Of a stretch of DNA of 64,000 nucleotides, positions 9,870 through 19,495 are shown piece by piece (position 1 is the first letter of the stretch; every line of letters begins with the position of its first letter). Below the pieces are notes generated by a model. The model saw only the letters and a program-made list of their open reading frames with translations, ran no database searches and had not been told where the DNA came from. Made by a program: the position numbers and the translations under genes. Source of the DNA: an uncultured Fibrobacterota bacterium (GTDB lineage: Bacteria; Fibrobacterota; Chitinivibrionia; Chitinivibrionales; FEN-1185); contig CAVWBU010000034.1 of assembly GCA_963753345.1 (NCBI GenBank), forward strand, positions 1 through 64,000, given 5' to 3'.

Positions 9870-11135
9870 ATGCCCGTCTCTTTGCTTCAGAAAAAAATCG
9901 ACGCCATGGCGCGCAGTGCCCTCGCCGCCAGCCGTTGCCTCGTCGATATTCCACGCGCCAAGGTGGACGACTGCCTTTGTGCGATGGCCGCCCTGCTCGA
10001 CGAGCAAAAGGATGCCATTGTCAAGGCAAACCGGAAAGACCTTGCGCTGGCGGAAAAGAAACATCTTGCGGGTCCCATGATCGAGCGGCTCACGCTTTCG
10101 GACAAGACCTTCGAGTCCATGAAGCGCGGGCTTGTCGACGTGGCGGCGCTGACCGCGCCCGTCGGCGAATCGTTCGACGAACGCGTGCGGCCCAACGGCC
10201 TGGTTATTTACAAGATGCGCGTCCCCATCGGCGTCATCGCCATCATTTACGAATCCCGTCCCAACGTGACGGTCGACGCCGCCGCGCTGTGCCTCAAGTC
10301 GCGAAACAGCGTAATCCTCCGCGGCGGCAGCGAGGCGTTCTATTCCAACAAGGCCCTGGCCGCGCTCTTCTCGCTCGCCTGCGAACGCAGCGGTCTCCCC
10401 TGCCGCGCAGTGCAGCTCGTGCCCACCATCGACCGCAAGGCGGTCGATTTACTTCTGCGCAAGGACCGGGAAATCGACCTGGTGATTCCCCGCGGCGGCG
10501 AAGGCCTCATCCGCGCCGTGGTGGAGAAATCGCGCATTCCCGTCATCAAGCACTACAAGGGCGTGTGCCACGTGTTCGTTTCCCGCAACGCGGATATGGC
10601 AAAGGCCGCCGCAATCGTCGTGAACGCCAAGGTGCAGCGTCCCGCGGTGTGCAACGCGATGGAGACCCTGCTCCTCGACGCGGGACTTCCCGATGCCGAC
10701 AAAAAGGCAATTCTCGATGCACTGATCGTCAAAGGGGTAACGCTGATCGGCGACCCGGCCGTGCGGCAGCTTGTCAAAGGCGTAAAGCCCGCAACGGAAG
10801 CGGACTGGTACGCAGAGTACCTCGATCTGCGGCTCGCCGTATGCGTGGTGGACGGCGTGAACAAGGCAATCGCTCATATCAACAAATTCGGCTCGCGCCA
10901 CACCGACGCCATTGTCACCGAATCGCAGGAGGAGGCGGACCTGTTCTTGCGCCTCGTGGATTCCTCGTCGGTGATGCACAACGCCAGCACCCGTTTCTCC
11001 GACGGCGGCGAATACGGTTTGGGCGCGGAAATCGGCATCTCCACCGACAAGCTCCATGCGCGCGGGCCTATGGGACTGGGTGAGTTGACAACGTATAAGT
11101 GGATTGTCAAGGGCAATGGGCAGGTTAGAAATTAG
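9870..11135 (+). CDS. proA: Gamma-glutamyl phosphate reductase
   Basis: IYESRPNVT, LRGGSEA, PRGGEGLI, CNAMETLL, GAEIGISTDKLHARGPMG; GGAGG RBS before the ATG at 9870. Confidence 0.96.
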   Translation: MPVSLLQKKIDAMARSALAASRCLVDIPRAKVDDCLCAMAALLDEQKDAIVKANRKDLALAEKKHLAGPMIERLTLSDKTFESMKRGLVDVAALTAPVGESFDERVRPNGLVIYKMRVPIGVIAIIYESRPNVTVDAAALCLKSRNSVILRGGSEAFYSNKALAALFSLACERSGLPCRAVQLVPTIDRKAVDLLLRKDREIDLVIPRGGEGLIRAVVEKSRIPVIKHYKGVCHVFVSRNADMAKAAAIVVNAKVQRPAVCNAMETLLLDAGLPDADKKAILDALIVKGVTLIGDPAVRQLVKGVKPATEADWYAEYLDLRLAVCVVDGVNKAIAHINKFGSRHTDAIVTESQEEADLFLRLVDSSSVMHNASTRFSDGGEYGLGAEIGISTDKLHARGPMGLGELTTYKWIVKGNGQVRN

Positions 11136-11154
11136 TTTTGTCAATAAAGATCTC

Positions 11155-11280
11155 GGGGGAGAAGGCTCTCCCCCGGCCTCGGTCAGCTTGCGCTGTCCTC
11201 GGCACTCCCCTCTCCAGGGTGCACCCCTAGAGGGAGCAGTCGCAAGCATAAACCTTCGGCTGGGGGGCACCCACGAAGAG
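11155..11280 (-). repeat. Family B structured intergenic repeat
   Basis: GGGGGA..TCCCCC hairpin at one end and GGGGGCACCCACGAAGAG at the other, as in the copies at 52910 and 48814. Confidence 0.75.
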
Positions 11281-11429
11281 TCGTTGTTGAGTGAAAAATC
11301 AAATGATTTCCTTCTTGTTTCTTGACTTTGTTTGTTTTTATTGCCGCGCAGCGGCATACCGCAGCGGTTGCGTTGCGAAGGGGCGACGCCGCGCGAGCGC
11401 AAGTCGAGCGCCTTAGGCGCCCCCCTTTG

Positions 11430-11511
11430 CTGGAGGGGGGAGCGGAGGACATCGCAGGCCGTAGGCCGAGGAGGCCGCAGCGAGGGGGAAACGCGAAGCG
11501 GTGCCCCCACC
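11430..11511 (+). repeat. Family B repeat, partial copy in opposite orientation
   Basis: GAGGGGGGAGCGGAGGACATCGCAGGCCGTAGGCCGAGGAGGCCGCAGCGAGGGGGA is nearly identical to 18738-18794. Confidence 0.7.
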
Positions 11512-11543
11512 AAAAGTAATAATTTCAAATTATCGACTAACCT

Positions 11544-11900
11544 ATGAATATCATTGATAGCATCAAATTCGATTCCAACGGTCTGGTTACCGCTATCGCC
11601 CAAGATGTAAAAACCAATCGCGTGCTCATGGTTGCGTACATGAACCGCGAAACCCTCGATGAAACGCTCGCCACCGGCACCATGGTCTATTACAGCCGCA
11701 GCAGGAAAAAACGATGGCGCAAGGGCGATACCTCGGGCCATTTCCAAACCGTGCGCGAGGCGCGCATCGACTGCGACGGCGACGCACTGCTGTTTCTCGT
11801 GGACCAGACGGGCGCGGCCTGCCACGAGGGGTATTTCTCGTGTTTTTTCCGCAAACGTACCGGCGATGAGTGGACCATTGCCGACACAAAACCTTCCTGA
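11544..11900 (+). CDS. hisI: Phosphoribosyl-AMP cyclohydrolase
   Basis: [39 protein letters not shown]. Confidence 0.95.
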   Translation: MNIIDSIKFDSNGLVTAIAQDVKTNRVLMVAYMNRETLDETLATGTMVYYSRSRKKRWRKGDTSGHFQTVREARIDCDGDALLFLVDQTGAACHEGYFSCFFRKRTGDEWTIADTKPS

Positions 11901-11912
11901 TGCGGCCGGCGA

Positions 11913-12575
11913 ATGGGCACACCATCATCCGATACCCTTGGACGCCTGCTTGACATCGGCATTATCCCCATCGTTCGGTTTTCCGATGCGGAAAAGGCCG
12001 CGCATGTAGCCGAAGCGCTCATCGCAGGAAACGTGCCGGCCCTCGAAATCTCCCTGTCCCTTCCGGAATCGCTTGCCGTGCTTGAATCGGTTGCTGCCAG
12101 ATTTGGCCACAGGCTCCTTCTGGGTGCAGGAACGGTTCTCGATGCAAGGATGGTGCGCGATGCAATCTCGGCCGGCGCGCGTTACATCGTTGCCCCGAAT
12201 ACCGACCCGTCGGTAATTGACGAATGCAAAAAGGCATCAGTGCCGGTATTCCCCGGCGCTCTCACGCCCACCGAAATCGCAGCCGCAATGCGCGCCGGCG
12301 CAGACGCAATAAAAGTCTTCCCGTGCAATGCGGTGGGAGGACCCGATTACATCCGCTCGCTGCTCGCGCCCTTTCCCGATGCAATCCTGTTTCCCTGCGG
12401 CGGGGTAAGTGCAAAAAACGCCGCAGCCTATTTTGCGGCGGGCGCGCGTGCGCTGTTCACCGGAACGCAGCTTGTCGACCGGGAAACCGTGAACAGCGGC
12501 CGCTATAACGACATCACCCAAAAAGCCCTTAACCTCTCGGCAATAGCCGCCGCGTCGAGAAAGAAGGCCGCATGA
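11913..12575 (+). CDS. eda: KHG/KDPG aldolase
   Basis: IPIVR, GAGTVL, GARYIVAP, PGALTPTEI, IKVFP, PCGGV. Confidence 0.88.
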   Translation: MGTPSSDTLGRLLDIGIIPIVRFSDAEKAAHVAEALIAGNVPALEISLSLPESLAVLESVAARFGHRLLLGAGTVLDARMVRDAISAGARYIVAPNTDPSVIDECKKASVPVFPGALTPTEIAAAMRAGADAIKVFPCNAVGGPDYIRSLLAPFPDAILFPCGGVSAKNAAAYFAAGARALFTGTQLVDRETVNSGRYNDITQKALNLSAIAAASRKKAA

Positions 12576-13720
12576 ACTGCCAGCACCCCTGCATCGAGGT
12601 TTCGCTCGACAACGTCCTGCACAACGTTTCTGAAATCCGCCGCGCCGCAGGCAAGGGAAAAGGCATAATGGCGGTTGTAAAGGACCTTGCGTACGGCTGC
12701 GGGTCTGTTGTGGTGAGCAGGGCGCTTGCCTCGTGCGGCGTTGAATGGCTGGCGGTGGCGACCGCGGCCGAAGCGCGTGCGCTGCGGGACGGCGGGATCA
12801 CGCTCCCCGTGCTGGTGCTTGGCGCATGCGACACCGATGAACTGGCATGGGCAGGTGCACACAAGGTGAGCGTCTCGCTCAACGATGTTGCCGATCTCGG
12901 CGTGATGACCCGCGCAGGCACGCCTGTCCGGATTCACGTTAATGTTGACACCGGCATGACCAGGCTCGGGCTGCTCCCGACCGAACTCGGCGCGCTCGTG
13001 TCCGCTTTGCAAAACAACTCGAAGCTCGTGTGTGAAGGCGCGTACACGCACCTTGCGTGCGCCGATGTTCCGGGAACCGGCACAGTTGACATTCAGACAA
13101 GCAAGTTCAGGGCCGCGCTGGATATTCTTCGCAAGAACGGCATTTCTCCCAAGTTCATTCATTACGCAAACAGCGCGGCCATCATGAGACACCCGCTTTC
13201 TTCTGAATGCACGCTGGTGCGTCCCGGGATCACCATTTACGGATGCAAGCCTGACCCGCTCCAGGATTTCCCGCTTGCACTCAAGCCTGTGGTTACGCTC
13301 AAGGCGCCGGTCACCAAGATCAAGAAAGTCTCGGCCGGCACCGCCATAAGCTATGGCGCGCGATACGTAACCTCAGCCGAAACGCATATCGCAACGATCC
13401 CGCTCGGCTACGGTATCGGCCTCCCGCGAAAACTCACGGGCGCGGGATCGGTGCTCATCCGCGGCAGGCGCTACGCCATTGCGGGAACGGTTACCATGGA
13501 TTACATCATGGCCGACGTGGGATTAAACACGGATGTTTGCGTCGGCGACGAGGCGGTGGCTATCGGATGTCAAGGGAGCGAATGCATTTCACCGGATGAG
13601 GTTGCCGCAAAATGCGGTACCATTGCCTATGAAATTCTATGCGGACTGAGCACGAGGCTTGACAGATACTTTGTTTTGAAGGGCGAGGTGGTGGGAAGGC
13701 AAGAGGGACATTATTTCTAA
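12572..13720 (+). CDS. alr: Alanine racemase family PLP enzyme
   Basis: AVVK..AYG.G, VDTGMTRLG, NSAA, VRPGI, ISYG, TMD, GTIAYEI. Confidence 0.9.
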   Translation: MNCQHPCIEVSLDNVLHNVSEIRRAAGKGKGIMAVVKDLAYGCGSVVVSRALASCGVEWLAVATAAEARALRDGGITLPVLVLGACDTDELAWAGAHKVSVSLNDVADLGVMTRAGTPVRIHVNVDTGMTRLGLLPTELGALVSALQNNSKLVCEGAYTHLACADVPGTGTVDIQTSKFRAALDILRKNGISPKFIHYANSAAIMRHPLSSECTLVRPGITIYGCKPDPLQDFPLALKPVVTLKAPVTKIKKVSAGTAISYGARYVTSAETHIATIPLGYGIGLPRKLTGAGSVLIRGRRYAIAGTVTMDYIMADVGLNTDVCVGDEAVAIGCQGSECISPDEVAAKCGTIAYEILCGLSTRLDRYFVLKGEVVGRQEGHYF

Positions 13721-13735
13721 ACTTAAGAAAAGATC

Positions 13736-13909
13736 TGGGCGCCCCGCTGCTTCGCAGCGGCGGCCGTCCTTCCGGTCCACCCCTTCGGGTGCTTCCAAGG
13801 GTCGTCGGCCTTCGGCCTCGGGCGGCCCTGCCACGAGGGCCTTATGGCCGTGGACAGGCCGCACCGCGCTCTGGCGCGGCCTCCGTTCCGGCCTGGCGCT
13901 GGGCAGAAG
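13736..13909 (+). repeat. Family A structured intergenic repeat (GGGCGCC...GGCGC subtype)
   Basis: TGGGCGCCCCGCTGCTTCGCAGCGGCGGCC...GGCCTTCGGCC...GGCCTCCGTTCCGGCCTGGCGC; reverse complement of 31272-31422 at both ends. Confidence 0.8.
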
Positions 13910-14139
13910 AAAGAGTGCCATCTTGACTGTATTCGCCTAAGCAGCAGGGGTATTTCTCTTAGAACCGCTGGTTTTCCTGCAGAAAACACTTTATTGATAA
14001 CTCCGTAGCAGAATCCTCAAGATTTGATTATATTACTTAAATGACGTGGCAACGCCGTCTGCACCCCTTGGTTTCCTTCGGACACGTCCAGGTTTGGGGG
14101 CAACTACCAGACAATCTCCTTTTCACGGGAGGATGAAGC

Positions 14140-15901
14140 ATGATTAGGACTATCTCCTTGGGACTTCTTCTTCTGTGTCAATCTGCCCTTGGCCAGCTTC
14201 AGGCGCCATACCTGTATACTGCCACTGCAGTTGGGGATGCGGTTTTCGGAGATACAGCCGTTTCCCTCACGTGGAGGAACAACAGTACGGCCTACCAGGG
14301 TATAACTATTCTGCGAAAAGACTCCACCGACCTTCAGTACACCGTAGTGACCACTGTTTCTGGAACCGCAACGTCATTCACCGATATTTGCAAACCTCTG
14401 TCGCAGATTACCTATACCTATGCCCTCACCGCAATTTCGCAGACTGAGCATGCAGACACTTCCAACACCATCTCGGTTACCGTAGTGCCCAAGCAGGTCA
14501 TAACGCTGCCGATCTTTGCTGCACCGCTGCAGTTCAACGTAACTTACGGCATCTGGACGCAGCATGCCAGTCAAATCACGTTTTTCCAGTTCGACCATCG
14601 AAGCCGGCTACAAGATCTACAGGGCCTTGAACTTTGGCACCTTCGAGCTACTAAAGGATATTCCTTCAGCTATTCCCTCTCAAGAAGGCTTGGTTATTGA
14701 CACAGATTTCACGGTTCCTCCGAACACCTGGTGCCAGTACTACGTCGCTGCATACATGGGTCAGCAGACGCTTGCGTCGCCCATGGATACCCTGTACACT
14801 CTTGACGCGGATGCGATGAGGGCTAACGCCTCAAGAAAAGCTGTCGGGCTGACCAAAATCGCAAGCTTCCCGATACAACCCGTTGGCTGGAGTTTAAGAT
14901 CAGGCGACTCGATAGTTTTTCCCGAGCAACCCACACCAGATACAGTTTTCTCCATAATAGACGTATCCAATCCGCAAAACCCAAGGTTTTCAGGCCTAGG
15001 GGCAATCAGGCCGCTTTTTGGCCTTATAGGAAAGGCTTTTACAACCGGGAGAGATCTATTTCAGGGTATGGAAGGCGGGGTAGCATACCTCCGTTGGTAC
15101 CAGTATCAATCCGGGGTACTTCGTTTGATGGATACTATCGGCCGCACTAGCGCCGGGACACATATGATCTACGACCCTTGTGTATCGCTCGGGGACTCCA
15201 CCTTAATTGTTCCTTCGATGTTCGGGACGGGGTGCAAACTCGTGGGATGCTGTGTGTATGATTCCTTTTGCTTGGATAGGGTTACCTACAAACAAAACAA
15301 ACTCTCTCTTGCAAACAGCAATCTGATTTTTGACTACTATACGAGTCGCATTTGCGCAAACCAATATGGTAGCGCGGGCTATTGGTATAACGGGACGATG
15401 GTGTTGGAGGGGTCTCCGAACATGGCTGTCGATTTCAACTTTCCTGGTTTGCCTAATCACTCTGTTTTCTTAACCGGTACTGCCCAATTGCCATGCTTTG
15501 CAGACGGAATTCTCATTGATAGCCTTACGATCGCCGATGCTTTTTTTGGGGTCTTTATCGACAGTGTGAGAAACCTCGTCTTCGTCCTTTCCGATTCCGA
15601 CCTCACGGTGTGGACCTGTCAAATCCAGGTAAAAACCGTGCAACCTATCACCCGCGCCGGACTCCCATCGCCGTTTATGCGCATCGGCAGCAGCGCCGGG
15701 GCAATCATCATTCTTCTTCCCCACCATACTCAGCCGGCTGAGGTTTCCGTTTATGATATCTCAGGTAGGCGCATGGCTTCCCTCAAAGGAATTCTCGAGG
15801 AGAAGGCAGTCTGGCATCATCCTGTTGGATCGGGGTTATTCGTCGTGAGGGCAACGGTCGACGGCAAAAGCTATTCCGAAAAGGTAGTTTTGACGAGATA
15901 G
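14140..15901 (+). pseudogene. Secreted FN3-repeat protein with T9SS-type CTD, split by a frameshift near 14581-14587
   Basis: ORF 14140-14700 has a signal peptide and FN3 (LTWRNNS...SFTD...YTYAL); ORF 14564-15901 continues the second FN3 (SSTIEAGYKIYR) and ends in VYDISGR...GLFVV...KVVL. Confidence 0.7.
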
Positions 15902-16094
15902 AACGACTCAAGGACAAACAGTAACAATGTGTTACATTTTTTAATGTGACGGGGCCCTTGCATCGTCCCTGGTTCTGCCTGGCGCGTGGCATCTGGGATA
16001 TTCCACCATCAATACACACCTAAAAAAAACTCACTTGCGTTGTTACATACTAAAATAGCGCAAATGTTAATTCTTGACAGAATATGTTTCTGTT

Positions 16095-16234
16095 GCCGCG
16101 CGTTAGGTGGACCGAAGGGTGAGCCAGAGCGAATTGACGGACGACCCGGCCGCAAGGCGTAGGGCGGACGGCAACGAGGCGAATAGCCGAGCCCGAAGGG
16201 AGACCGGCCCGAGCTTCGCGAGGGCAACGCCCAG
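16095..16234 (-). repeat. Family A structured intergenic repeat
   Basis: GCCGCGCGTTAGGTGGACCG...GAGGGCAACGCCCA; reverse complement of 18400-18541 and 24789-24930; abuts the folC stop codon. Confidence 0.85.
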
Positions 16235-17527
16235 CTACTTTTCATTGTCACGCTGCGGCGGCATCTTTCCATATGGCTCTATCCCAAGCGCCTTCATCGC
16301 CTCCCCGACCGTAAAGAACGACCCAGCGACACAGATCACATCTTCTCCTGATTCAATCCCTGCATTTACAGCTTCCGATACGAATGGAATTTCAACAATA
16401 TCTCCAGTAAAATTTGCCGGCAATTTCGCTTTTAACTCCGCCGTTCCCGCACTGCGCTCGACGTCAGGTCTTGTCAGGATGATTTTGGAAGCGACACTGC
16501 AATAACATCTCAGTATTCCCGCCGCATCTTTGTCTTTCATGATTCCTGTAACTAGACATGCTTTCCTGCCCGGGAAATTCGCCTCGTACGTTTCTGCAAA
16601 CGCCTTTGCGGCGTCGGGATTATGACTCACGTCGAACACAACGGTTTTTCCTTTGACCTCAACTGTCTCGAACCGGCCGGGCAAAAATGCACTTTTTATT
16701 CCTTCTGCAATAGCTACCTTATTCTCAAATCCTACAGCATTAAGTGCGCATATCGCAACCAACGCATTTGCGATCTGGTAAGTCCCGGCCAGCGGCAGAT
16801 CGTACCGCTGATTATCATACGTAAACCAGGACGTTCCCCCGGCCTGCCCTATTTCCCGCGCCATGGATGCCGACACGAACTGGCACCTGTTTCCGTTCTG
16901 CAGGCACAAGTCAAGGGCGAGTTTTCGGATTTCGAGCTCATCCGGCTCGGCCATGACAAGCGGCATTCCTGCCTTGACAATGCCGAGTTTTTCCCGTGCA
17001 ATAGCGACAAGGTCGTTGCCGAGCAAATCCATGTGGTCCATTGCCAGCCGCGTGACCACAGCGGCTTCCGGCCTGATAATGTTCGTGGCGTCGAGACGGC
17101 CGCCCAGGCCTGTCTCGAACACCGCCCATTCCACCTTTTCGCGCTTGAAAAGCTCAAAGGCGATGAGCGTCGCAGCCTCGAAGAATGTGAGGCCGAGTTC
17201 CTCGATAACGGGTTCTATGTCCCGGTACACCGCCACCCACGATTCGCTGGCCACCGGCCTTCCGTTGATGATGAACCGCTCCTCGAAATCAACAATGTGC
17301 GGGGACGTGAAGAGGCCGGTCTTGAAACCCATGCGTCGCAGGCATGAATCGAGATACGCGCAAACCGAGCCTTTCCCGTTGGTGCCCGCGACGTGAACCG
17401 AAGGATATTGGTCTTGCGGATTGCCGATTCTGTCGGCCGCAGCACGCATTCTGTCAAGACCGAGCTTGATGCCGTGCGTGGTGCGGAGAAATAGACGTTG
17501 GGAGATTATTTTTGATGAGGTTTCCAT
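16235..17527 (-). CDS. folC: Folylpolyglutamate synthase/dihydrofolate synthase
   Basis: HVAGTNGKGS, FTSPH, ETGLGGRLDATN, DH..LG, PGRFE, D..HNP, GSFFTVG. Confidence 0.95.
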   Translation of the reverse strand: METSSKIISQRLFLRTTHGIKLGLDRMRAAADRIGNPQDQYPSVHVAGTNGKGSVCAYLDSCLRRMGFKTGLFTSPHIVDFEERFIINGRPVASESWVAVYRDIEPVIEELGLTFFEAATLIAFELFKREKVEWAVFETGLGGRLDATNIIRPEAAVVTRLAMDHMDLLGNDLVAIAREKLGIVKAGMPLVMAEPDELEIRKLALDLCLQNGNRCQFVSASMAREIGQAGGTSWFTYDNQRYDLPLAGTYQIANALVAICALNAVGFENKVAIAEGIKSAFLPGRFETVEVKGKTVVFDVSHNPDAAKAFAETYEANFPGRKACLVTGIMKDKDAAGILRCYCSVASKIILTRPDVERSAGTAELKAKLPANFTGDIVEIPFVSEAVNAGIESGEDVICVAGSFFTVGEAMKALGIEPYGKMPPQRDNEK

Positions 17528-17561
17528 AATATCAATATCACTTGACTTAATCAATTTTTGT

Positions 17562-17684
17562 GGGGGGGAAGGTTCCCCCTCGCTCCGGCCGTACCGTCCT
17601 CCGCTACCCCCTCCTGGGTGACCCCCTTGGTAGTGCAGCAGCAAGTGCGACACACTCGTGTGGGGCACCCACAAGCGGCAGTTG
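17562..17684 (-). repeat. Family B structured intergenic repeat
   Basis: GGGGGGGAAGGTTCCCCCTCGCTCCGGCC...TCCGCTACCCCCTCCTGGGTG...GGGGCACCC. Confidence 0.75.
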
Positions 17685-17730
17685 AAAAGATCCTGTTATC
17701 TCAACGTTCGGCGGGAATAAAATCAACCTA

Positions 17731-18384
17731 TCAAGCAATCAGTTCTTCAAGGTTTCCAAACGATATTCGTTCCAAACTGTCAACAATCAAATCCGCTACT
17801 TTCAATTCATTACTCGGATATGTATTGGTCACTGCAATCACCTTCATCCCTGCGGCCTTGCCTGCGGTCACCCCAACCTTTGCGTCTTCAAACACCACGC
17901 AACGGTCCGGTGAGGCTCCAAGCCGGCGAGCTGATTCGAGAAATATTTGAGGGGAAGGTTTTCCGAGTTTCACGTCATCGCCGGAAACCACAACGGCAAA
18001 GTACTTTTCAAAGCCGAGTATTTCAAGTCCGACGGTGATATTCTCTCTTGGCGCCGATGACCCGATGGCACATGGAACTCCGCGTTGTGTGAGTTTATCA
18101 AGTATGGAAGCGACTCCCGGCAACGCAGTGAGGCCTTTCTCCCGCATGATGTCCCGGTACATGGCCTCCTTCTTCCTGTCGATGCGCCGTATCTCGGAAA
18201 TATCGTTTGTCCATTTCCACAACTGCGGGATGATCTCTTCGTTCTTCATGCCGAAGCTCTGTTTGAACAGATGCTCGGGAAAAGCAAGATGTTCCTCTTT
18301 GGCAAGCCTCCGCCATCCCTCGATGTGATGTTCGGAGGAATCGATGATGATGCCGTCCCAGTCGAAGATACAGAATAAATTCAT
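17731..18384 (-). CDS. HAD superfamily phosphatase (beta-phosphoglucomutase-like)
   Basis: FDWDG motif I, GKPSPQIF, VFED motif IV. Confidence 0.9.
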   Translation of the reverse strand: MNLFCIFDWDGIIIDSSEHHIEGWRRLAKEEHLAFPEHLFKQSFGMKNEEIIPQLWKWTNDISEIRRIDRKKEAMYRDIMREKGLTALPGVASILDKLTQRGVPCAIGSSAPRENITVGLEILGFEKYFAVVVSGDDVKLGKPSPQIFLESARRLGASPDRCVVFEDAKVGVTAGKAAGMKVIAVTNTYPSNELKVADLIVDSLERISFGNLEELIA

Positions 18385-18399
18385 AGGTATTAGATCAAG

Positions 18400-18541
18400 T
18401 TGGGCGTTGCCCTCGCCACGCTCGGGCCGGTCTCACTTCGGGCTCAGCCGTTCGGCCTCGTTGCCGGACCGCCCTATGCCTTGCGGCCGGGTCGGCCGGC
18501 AATTCGCTCTCGCTCACCCTCCGATCCACCTAACGCGCGGC
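18400..18541 (+). repeat. Family A repeat (first half of composite 18400-18804)
   Basis: TTGGGCGTTGCCCTCG...CTTCGGGCTC...CCACCTAACGCGCGGC. Confidence 0.85.
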
Positions 18542-18670
18542 AGAGGAAATTTTGTCGGGTAACTACTTCTATCCGCGCCAATTGGGTATCCTTGAGAAGT
18601 GAGAATTGCCTATCTCTTTCTTCTCAACTGCTCAACTTCCCAACTTTTCAACTCTTCAACGTTTCAACAG

Positions 18671-18804
18671 CTCTTCGGGGGTGCCCCCCCAACCGAGGTT
18701 CCATTCTCGCCAATCAACTTCCTTGGGGGCCACCCAGGAGGGGGTAGCGGAGGACACCGCAGGCCGAAGGCCGAGGTGGCCGGAGCGAGGGGGATACATC
18801 CCCC
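18671..18804 (+). repeat. Family B repeat, preceded by a degenerate 8-mer TTCAAC tandem at 18621-18668
   Basis: CTCTTCGGGGGTGCCCCC...GGGGGCCACCCAGGAGGGGGT...AGGGGGATACATCCCCC. Confidence 0.8.
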
Positions 18805-18816
18805 TTTAAGAAAATT

Positions 18817-19407
18817 TTATTTTACAAACAGCAACATTATCCCCTTCCTCACCATCATCACCCCTATGGCGGCGAGGAGAAGACTCGCAAGCTTTGAGAC
18901 CGCTTTTGCACCTGTTGACCCGATCACTTTTATAATGGCGCCGGAGAACCACAGCACCACGCCGGCGATAATCACGTTTATCGCGGCCGCTGCGGCAACA
19001 ATGACCGGCGCGTCGGGATATTGACGAAGGAGAAGAATGGTGGTGGTGAGGACCGCCGGCCCCACGATAAGAGGCACGCCGACAGGCACCGCGCCCAGGC
19101 TCTGGACATCGACGCGGCGATGGTGCTTTTCAACCGCGATCAGATCGTACAGCGACAGGGCGAACAGGAGCGCGCCGCCCGCGATCATGAAATCGGACAC
19201 CGTGATATTGAGGAGGCTGAGAATGAACTCGCCGAGCGCGCAGAACACCAGCGCCACGGCCATGGCCGTAACCACCGACTGGACAACAATCTTCCGCACC
19301 CTGCGGCTGTCCACGCCGGCAGTCAGGTTCATAAAGAGCGGCAGGACTCCTATTGCGTCAACCGCCACAAACAGCGGGACAAAACAGAGCCAGAAAGTTT
19401 TCATCAT
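18817..19407 (-). CDS. MarC family membrane protein
   Basis: LFVAVDAIG.LP.F, FMIAGG, VPVGVPLIVGPA, LLLAAIGV. Confidence 0.9.
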   Translation of the reverse strand: MMKTFWLCFVPLFVAVDAIGVLPLFMNLTAGVDSRRVRKIVVQSVVTAMAVALVFCALGEFILSLLNITVSDFMIAGGALLFALSLYDLIAVEKHHRRVDVQSLGAVPVGVPLIVGPAVLTTTILLLRQYPDAPVIVAAAAAINVIIAGVVLWFSGAIIKVIGSTGAKAVSKLASLLLAAIGVMMVRKGIMLLFVK

Positions 19408-19495
19408 GTCGGGGTACCGCAATGTTGATGACGGTCGGCAGCAACCGCGCTGACTTCACACTTTCAACTTTCAACCTGTCAACTTCCAACTCTTT

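Noticed and set aside
16235-17674. N-terminal extensions of folC, acs, proA and the 47102 ORF in the ORF track
   Set aside because: The extensions run through repeat or promoter DNA or overlap the upstream gene; downstream ATGs fit the family N-termini better, and most have an RBS.
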